A stretch of 32,000 bases of DNA from positions 35,105-67,104 of the forward strand of contig PRDJ01000077.1 in assembly GCA_003345555.1 (NCBI GenBank). The letters run 5' to 3'. Shown here piece after piece: positions 27,190 through 32,000 of the stretch; position 1 is the stretch's first letter, and every line of letters begins with the position of its first letter. The notes below the pieces were generated by a model, which did no database searches, was not told the DNA's origin, and saw only the letters and a program-made list of their open reading frames with translations. Both the position numbers and the translations under genes were made by a program. The DNA is from Candidatus Thorarchaeota archaeon. GTDB lineage: Archaea > Asgardarchaeota > Thorarchaeia > Thorarchaeales > Thorarchaeaceae.

Positions 27190-27531
27190 TTGAAGCTGAA
27201 AGACTTGGAAGCCGACAAGAACGTCTCCGACCTTCTGGTTAGGGTCGTGTCTGTAGCTCCGCCCCGGATAATCTCGACGCGAACTGGCCGCAAGACTCAG
27301 CTTACCGAGGTACTTGTGGCGGACGAAACCGGCACAGCAGTCTTTTCCTTGTGGGGCTTTGGCGAAAGCGGATCTGTCTCTGCCGGGAAAGTGATTAGGA
27401 TCACAAACGGCTGGGCAAAGGAGTGGCAAGGGAAGATACAGTTATCATTGGGACGTTCAGGTAGTTTCGAAGAGGTACCGGACGATGGGTCGCTTCCGTC
27501 GATAAGCGAGCTCAAATCGAACAAGGCATAG
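27190..27531 (+). CDS. Single OB-fold ssDNA-binding protein (crenarchaeal SSB/hSSB1/RPA-like)
   Basis: MKLKDL...VLVADETGTAVFSLWG...GKVIRITNGWAKEWQGKIQLSLGRSG; TTG start at 27190 inferred. Confidence 0.88.
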   Translation: MKLKDLEADKNVSDLLVRVVSVAPPRIISTRTGRKTQLTEVLVADETGTAVFSLWGFGESGSVSAGKVIRITNGWAKEWQGKIQLSLGRSGSFEEVPDDGSLPSISELKSNKA

Positions 27532-27564
27532 GGCATAATCCAAACTGGCAGCAATGTGATACGT

Positions 27565-28056
27565 ATGGTTGAAGCATATCTCTCAGGACCCATTGTAAAC
27601 GCCAGCCTCAGGAAAGACGATTTCTACCGGGTCGTCGTTGACACATTAGAAGAGCTGGGCATTACGGTCTTTGCACCGCAGTTCAGTCCGAAAGTGAATC
27701 CTACCGAGACTTACAGACGTGACACGAACGCGGTAAGGATGTGTGACTTCGTTGTTGCAGAAGTCTCGAGCCCTTCTCTTGGAGTGGGCATGGAGATTAT
27801 GCTCGCGATTGAGTTGGTCAAGCCAATCCTTATGTTTTGTCGAAAAGACTCTAAGGACCTCTCCTACATGGTGCAAGGGGCCGACGGGAAAGCGCTCTTT
27901 GAGTACGAGTCGGTTAGCGATGTTCGAACCTTCCTGCTGGAACGCAGTCTTGAGAGCTTGATGGTACAGCAGTGTCCATCGTGCTCTTCACAAGTTGCAG
28001 AAATCACTGATGAAGGCCTTCGATGCATACTGTGTCTTCGCAAGTTCACGGTGTAA
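27565..28056 (+). CDS. Nucleoside 2'-deoxyribosyltransferase / DNPH1 (Rcl)-like N-hydrolase with C-terminal Zn ribbon
   Basis: YLSGP, DFVVAEVSSPSLGVGMEI; C-terminal CPSC-x13-CILC. Confidence 0.85.
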   Translation: MVEAYLSGPIVNASLRKDDFYRVVVDTLEELGITVFAPQFSPKVNPTETYRRDTNAVRMCDFVVAEVSSPSLGVGMEIMLAIELVKPILMFCRKDSKDLSYMVQGADGKALFEYESVSDVRTFLLERSLESLMVQQCPSCSSQVAEITDEGLRCILCLRKFTV

Positions 28057-28060
28057 GAAA

Positions 28061-29008
28061 ATGGGCGAGCCCAAGCTTATTGACGCACGGTATCATCTTC
28101 GTGTCATTCTGCTGCTCATCTTGTCAGTCTCGATGGTGTCGAGTGCCAGTATTCTAATACGCCTCAGTATATCGCCGCCACTTGTCAAAGTCTTCTGGAG
28201 AACGTTATACGGATCAATGATCATGGCATCAGTCGGCGCGTTCCGCGGGAATCTTCATGCCTTCAAGGAGCCTGTTCTCAAGGGCAGGTGGACGTGGCTG
28301 ATATTCATAGGCATAATGCTTTCTCTGCATTTCTCTGCATGGTTTGTTTCTCTCTCGATGACCAGCGTTGCAGCCAGCGTCGTGTTGACGGACTCATCGC
28401 CGATATTCACAGCTGTTCTGTCAACGCTAGTACTACGAGAGTCGCCTCGGGCAAGAGCATGGGCCGGTGTACTCATAGCATTCACAGGTGCATCTGTACT
28501 TGCGTTGGCCGACATCGAATCGAGCGGGACCGAGGCGTTTGCAGGCGATCTCCTTGCTCTTCTTAGCGCCTTCTTCCTATCAGTCTACTTCATCGGCGGC
28601 AGAAAATACGCAAGGGGAATCCCCAATTCTGTGTATACTACTGTTGTTTACTTCTCTGCTGCCCTAACAACGCTTGCACTGTGTTTGACTACAGGTGTAG
28701 ACGTGATAGTACTCATTCCGTCTGAGATAGCGCTGTTCATTGCACTTGCAGTCTTCCCAACAGCTCTGGGTCATTCGGTGAACAACTACCTCTTGACGCT
28801 GGTCCCGGCATATGTTGTGTCTTCTGCAGTGCTTGGGGAGCCTGTCGGGGCGACATTGCTAGCCGCTTTGATTCTTCAAGAGATTCCTTCTGCGATGACT
28901 CTTGTTGGGTTTGTGGTCATCCTTCTTGGAGTCGCTCTTGTGCTGATGGCGCTTCCAAAGGACGAAGGGACAACGCCCTCAACCCTTGATGACTCCGATA
29001 GGTCGTAG
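28061..29008 (+). CDS. EamA/DMT-family transporter
   Basis: About 10 TM helices in two repeats; SSPIFTAVLS..LRE, LGEPVGATLLAALILQE. True start is ATG 28061. Confidence 0.92.
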   Translation: MGEPKLIDARYHLRVILLLILSVSMVSSASILIRLSISPPLVKVFWRTLYGSMIMASVGAFRGNLHAFKEPVLKGRWTWLIFIGIMLSLHFSAWFVSLSMTSVAASVVLTDSSPIFTAVLSTLVLRESPRARAWAGVLIAFTGASVLALADIESSGTEAFAGDLLALLSAFFLSVYFIGGRKYARGIPNSVYTTVVYFSAALTTLALCLTTGVDVIVLIPSEIALFIALAVFPTALGHSVNNYLLTLVPAYVVSSAVLGEPVGATLLAALILQEIPSAMTLVGFVVILLGVALVLMALPKDEGTTPSTLDDSDRS

Positions 29009-30424
29009 TCTGACAGCTTTTGTGGCTATTCCAATCTCATGTGAGACCCTAACGACTTCGTCGACGTCCTTGTAAGCTCCGGGCGCTTCTTCGGCAATGC
29101 CTATCGCTTGAGGCGATTTGACAATTATACCGCGGGCTGCAAGTTCTCGCTGCACCTCGCCGCCTCTGAACTCCTTTGTGGCTCTCACCCGGCTCATGAA
29201 GCGGCCAGCTCCATGGGCAGTTGACCCAAAAGACAGCTCCATGCTCTTCGGATTCCCCACAAGAATGTAAGAGGCAGTACCCATGGTGCCCGGAATCAGA
29301 ACGGGCTGGCCCATATTCTTGTACTTTGCAGGAGTCTCGGGATGACCCGGTGGGAAGGCACGAGTTGCGCCCTTCCGATGAACCAACACCTTCCTCCTCT
29401 TGCCATCTATGGTATGTTCTTCTACCTTGCCCATGTTGTGACAGACATCGTATATCATATGCATGTCCAGTTCTTCACTGGATCTTTGCAGCACCTTTGC
29501 GAATACCTCTCTGGTCCAGTGCATCATGCACTGCCTGTTTGCCCAGGCGAAGTTTGCTGCAGCACTCATTGCACCCAAATACGCCTGCCCCTCGGGTGAT
29601 GTAGTGGGTGCACTGCAGAGTTCTCTATCGGGCACTTGAATGTTGTATTTCCTCATGGCTTGGGTCATCAACTTGATGTAGTCATCACAGACTTGGTGAC
29701 CCAGCCCGCGAGAGCCACTGTGTATCATCACAGTGACCTGGCCCTTTCTTGTGATTCCCATCGCCTTAGCCGCCGCTTGGTCATAGATTTCATCGACGAG
29801 CTGGATCTCGAGAAAGTGATTGCCTGAGCCCAACGTACCGACTTGGTTTCGTCCTCTGGCCTTGGCTTCTCCCGAGACCTTGGTAGCATCGGCAAATGGT
29901 AGTTGCCCTCCTGCTTCGGTGTACTCTGGGTCTTCCTCCCAGCCGAAACCGTGCTCGACTGCCCAAGCGGCTCCGTTGTTTAGTACGCCGTCAACTCCTC
30001 CCAAAGCCTGCAGGTCAATCTTGCCTGTTCGCCCAACGCCTGTGGGGACATCCAGGAACAGGCGGTCGATAAGGTCTTTGAGCTTAGGTCGGACATCGGC
30101 TTCATCAAGACTGGTCCTGACTACACGGACGCCACAGTTGATGTCGTAGCCGACTCCACCCGGTGATATCACACCTTGTTCGTAATCGGTCGCAGCTACT
30201 CCGCCGATGGGGAATCCATACCCTTGGTGTCCGTCTGGCAAGACTATGCTGTGAGTGTAGATGCCTGGAAGGCATGCAACATTGACTCCTTGCTCGAAAG
30301 TGGCGTCCTGCTGCATTTTCTTCACGAGCGATCCCGACGCGTATACTCTAACAGGCACTTTCATGCAATCCTTGGTGCCCTTCGGGATTTCGTACACGTT
30401 CTCAGCGATTCTCTTTACTTCCAA
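28979..30424 (-). CDS. rtcB: RtcB tRNA-splicing ligase
   Basis: PDGHQGYGFPIGGV, VGYDINCG, GTLGSGNHFLE, HSGSRG, HRKGAT, HGAGR, EEAPGAYKD. Confidence 0.98.
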   Translation of the reverse strand: MEVKRIAENVYEIPKGTKDCMKVPVRVYASGSLVKKMQQDATFEQGVNVACLPGIYTHSIVLPDGHQGYGFPIGGVAATDYEQGVISPGGVGYDINCGVRVVRTSLDEADVRPKLKDLIDRLFLDVPTGVGRTGKIDLQALGGVDGVLNNGAAWAVEHGFGWEEDPEYTEAGGQLPFADATKVSGEAKARGRNQVGTLGSGNHFLEIQLVDEIYDQAAAKAMGITRKGQVTVMIHSGSRGLGHQVCDDYIKLMTQAMRKYNIQVPDRELCSAPTTSPEGQAYLGAMSAAANFAWANRQCMMHWTREVFAKVLQRSSEELDMHMIYDVCHNMGKVEEHTIDGKRRKVLVHRKGATRAFPPGHPETPAKYKNMGQPVLIPGTMGTASYILVGNPKSMELSFGSTAHGAGRFMSRVRATKEFRGGEVQRELAARGIIVKSPQAIGIAEEAPGAYKDVDEVVRVSHEIGIATKAVRLRPIGVIKG

Positions 30425-30574
30425 GCTGGCTCATTCCGTCCTTCTGGTTGATTCTTCTCCGGTCGTGCTATAAGTATTGTGAACGCGTCTCGTCCCTCGT
30501 CTTTATTACGCACGTTCTCTCTCCGATGTATGGGGCCGCTAGCCCACACATGAACAGGAGGTTGATGTACCCAA

Positions 30575-31609
30575 GTGGCGAGAGTGCGTCTCACTGCAAT
30601 GGTTACTCAGCATGGATGATCCTGCAAGGTCCGTCAGCAAGACCTGACCCGACTTCTACAATTAGCGGGTCTGCTGCCGCTAGGCGCGTCATACTCCGGG
30701 GACATCGGTCATGATGCAGTTGTTCGTGTCCTTAGCGATGACATTGCTGTCGTCGAGAACGTGGATGTATTCACACCGATTCATGACGATCCTCATACTC
30801 AAGGTGAGATCGTTGCCTGCAATGCGACAAACGATGTCTACGCAATGGGCGCTGTCGACGTGATTTCTCTTCAGGCCTTTCTTGGGTACCCCGCTGAACT
30901 CCCCGAGGAGATTGCCGCAGAAGTACTGAAGGGAATGAATGACTTCATGGCAGGAATCGGATCGCAAGTTACCGGCGGACAGACGATAAAGAACCCTTGG
31001 CCAGTCTTCGGAGGGATATGCCTTGGTGTGGCCCACCCTCACGAAATCGTGTATCCAAATGGCGCGAAGGTAGGTGATGCTGTCGTCTTGACGAAACCGC
31101 TTGGTATACAGCCTGCGATGAGATCGTACAGGGAACTGAACGATGAAAGGCGTGACCGCCTACTCGAGCGTTTCGAGGAGCAAGACTTGCTGGCGGCGCA
31201 AGAAAGCGCTGTCCGGGTGATGACTAAAAGCAGCCTCGAAGTTGCTAAGGCAATGAGGGCGGTCGGAGTGAATGCGGCGACCGACGTCACGGGATTCGGT
31301 TTGATAGGTCATGCAAACAACGTTGCATGGATGAGCGGTGTTGATGTTGTCTTTGACCAGATTCCTGTCATTCGAGGAACTCTTGAATTGGCAGAGTTCT
31401 TTGGCCAGAAGCTCTCGAAAGGACTGAGTGCGGAAACAGCTGGCGGAATGCTGTGTTTCATGCAGCCAAAGAAGGTCGATCGATTCACCGAGATTCTGAG
31501 TCAATCGGGTCTTCCATGTTGGACTGTGGGCAGGACAGAGAAACCCAAGGGCTCTGCAAATGCAAGACTCGCAGAAGGGGTGCAGTTTATCGAGACCGAG
31601 TTCCCATGA
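30575..31609 (+). CDS. selD: Selenophosphate synthetase containing selenocysteine (in-frame UGA, Sec15)
   Basis: From GTG 30575: (M)ARVRLTAMVTQHG-TGA-SCKVRQQDL..., continuous with DVFTP, NDVYAMG, GGQT, LTKPLG, TDVTGFGLIGH and ETAGGML. Confidence 0.93.
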
Positions 31610-31645
31610 AGCTTCGAAAATCCTAGAAGGAGACGAAGCTAAGGA
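31606..31645 (+). promoter_or_regulatory. SECIS-like stem-loop starting at the selD stop codon
   Basis: AUGA, stem AGCUUCG/CGAAGCU, unpaired AAAA, mini-stem UCCU-AGA-AGGA. Confidence 0.55.
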
Positions 31646-31739
31646 TTGCCGCCGCGAGCGGCCGGTCTCATTTACGTCCGCTTGGTTCTGGTATCAACAG
31701 AATGGGGAGAGTCGTCTTTCGTCAATGAAAGTCGATCGA

Positions 31740-31949
31740 TTAGCCCAGCAAGTGCCTCAGTTTGTAGAGAAGATCGGCGATTCCTTCGAGCGGTCTAGTG
31801 TCGATTTCGGGATCGATGAATTTCCTGAGTTCCTTTAACTCTCCCTCGTCTTCTTCATGGAAGAGCCAAAACACATCACTTGTTGTTTCCTCAGACTGAG
31901 TCATTTGTAATCTCACTTCTTGCGCGTGCCTCTTTGTCTGTCTTGTCAT
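31740..31949 (-). CDS. Small hypothetical protein, probably leaderless
   Basis: Protein-like C-terminal half (ELKELRKFIDPEID...LLYKLRHLLG); BRE/TATA-like GAAAATGGTTATAT about 20-35 bp upstream on the minus strand. Confidence 0.55.
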   Translation of the reverse strand: MTRQTKRHAQEVRLQMTQSEETTSDVFWLFHEEDEGELKELRKFIDPEIDTRPLEGIADLLYKLRHLLG

Positions 31950-32000
31950 GTTCTAAACAATCTGTTGATATAACCATTTTCGACAAAAATACGGCATTTG

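Noticed and set aside
30551-30565. Further in-frame TGA codons upstream of selD as extra Sec
   Set aside because: They lie upstream of where SelD similarity begins and flank or overlap the ribosome-binding site; no start codon supports an extension.
30448-31042. ORFs 30448-30714 (+) and 30689-31042 (-)
   Set aside because: They overlap the true selD frame and are alternative-frame artefacts.
31725-31782. Second AUGA...GA SECIS candidate (GUCGAUC/GAUCGGC stem)
   Set aside because: The loop is 34 nt with no clear AA or mini-stem, and it overlaps the probable minus-strand gene; weaker than the stop-proximal hairpin.

Overview
Gene-dense (~50% GC) housekeeping window, most likely from an Asgard archaeon (Thorarchaeia-like; inferred from class I LysRS, S26e, archaeal CCA enzyme, TrmY and Ino1/AIP synthase together with Rab-like and Arf-like small GTPases, longin domains and a PCI-like protein). 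No rRNA, tRNA, CRISPR array or recognisable mobile element was seen. Main results: (1) the ORF track truncates selenophosphate synthetase. The real gene starts at about 30575 and has an in-frame TGA (30617-30619) in a G-U-S-C-K motif, so it is a selenoprotein, and a SECIS-like hairpin is fused to its stop codon. (2) A candidate small-GTPase module at 22-27 kb: a longin + 2x winged-helix protein resembling GATOR1 NPRL2 and a longin-Arf-like GTPase fusion with a long acidic tail. They flank a GNAT gene and a ~1 kb ORF-poor interval with + strand-biased RNA hairpins. (3) An alpha-SNAP-like repeat + PCI-like protein and a near-canonical Rab-like GTPase. (4) A probable cobalamin ECF uptake operon (DUF4430-like, unknown anchored protein, CbrT-like S component) with a perfect 22-bp palindrome and a second inverted repeat in its promoter. 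All family assignments come from motif recognition by eye; no searches were run.
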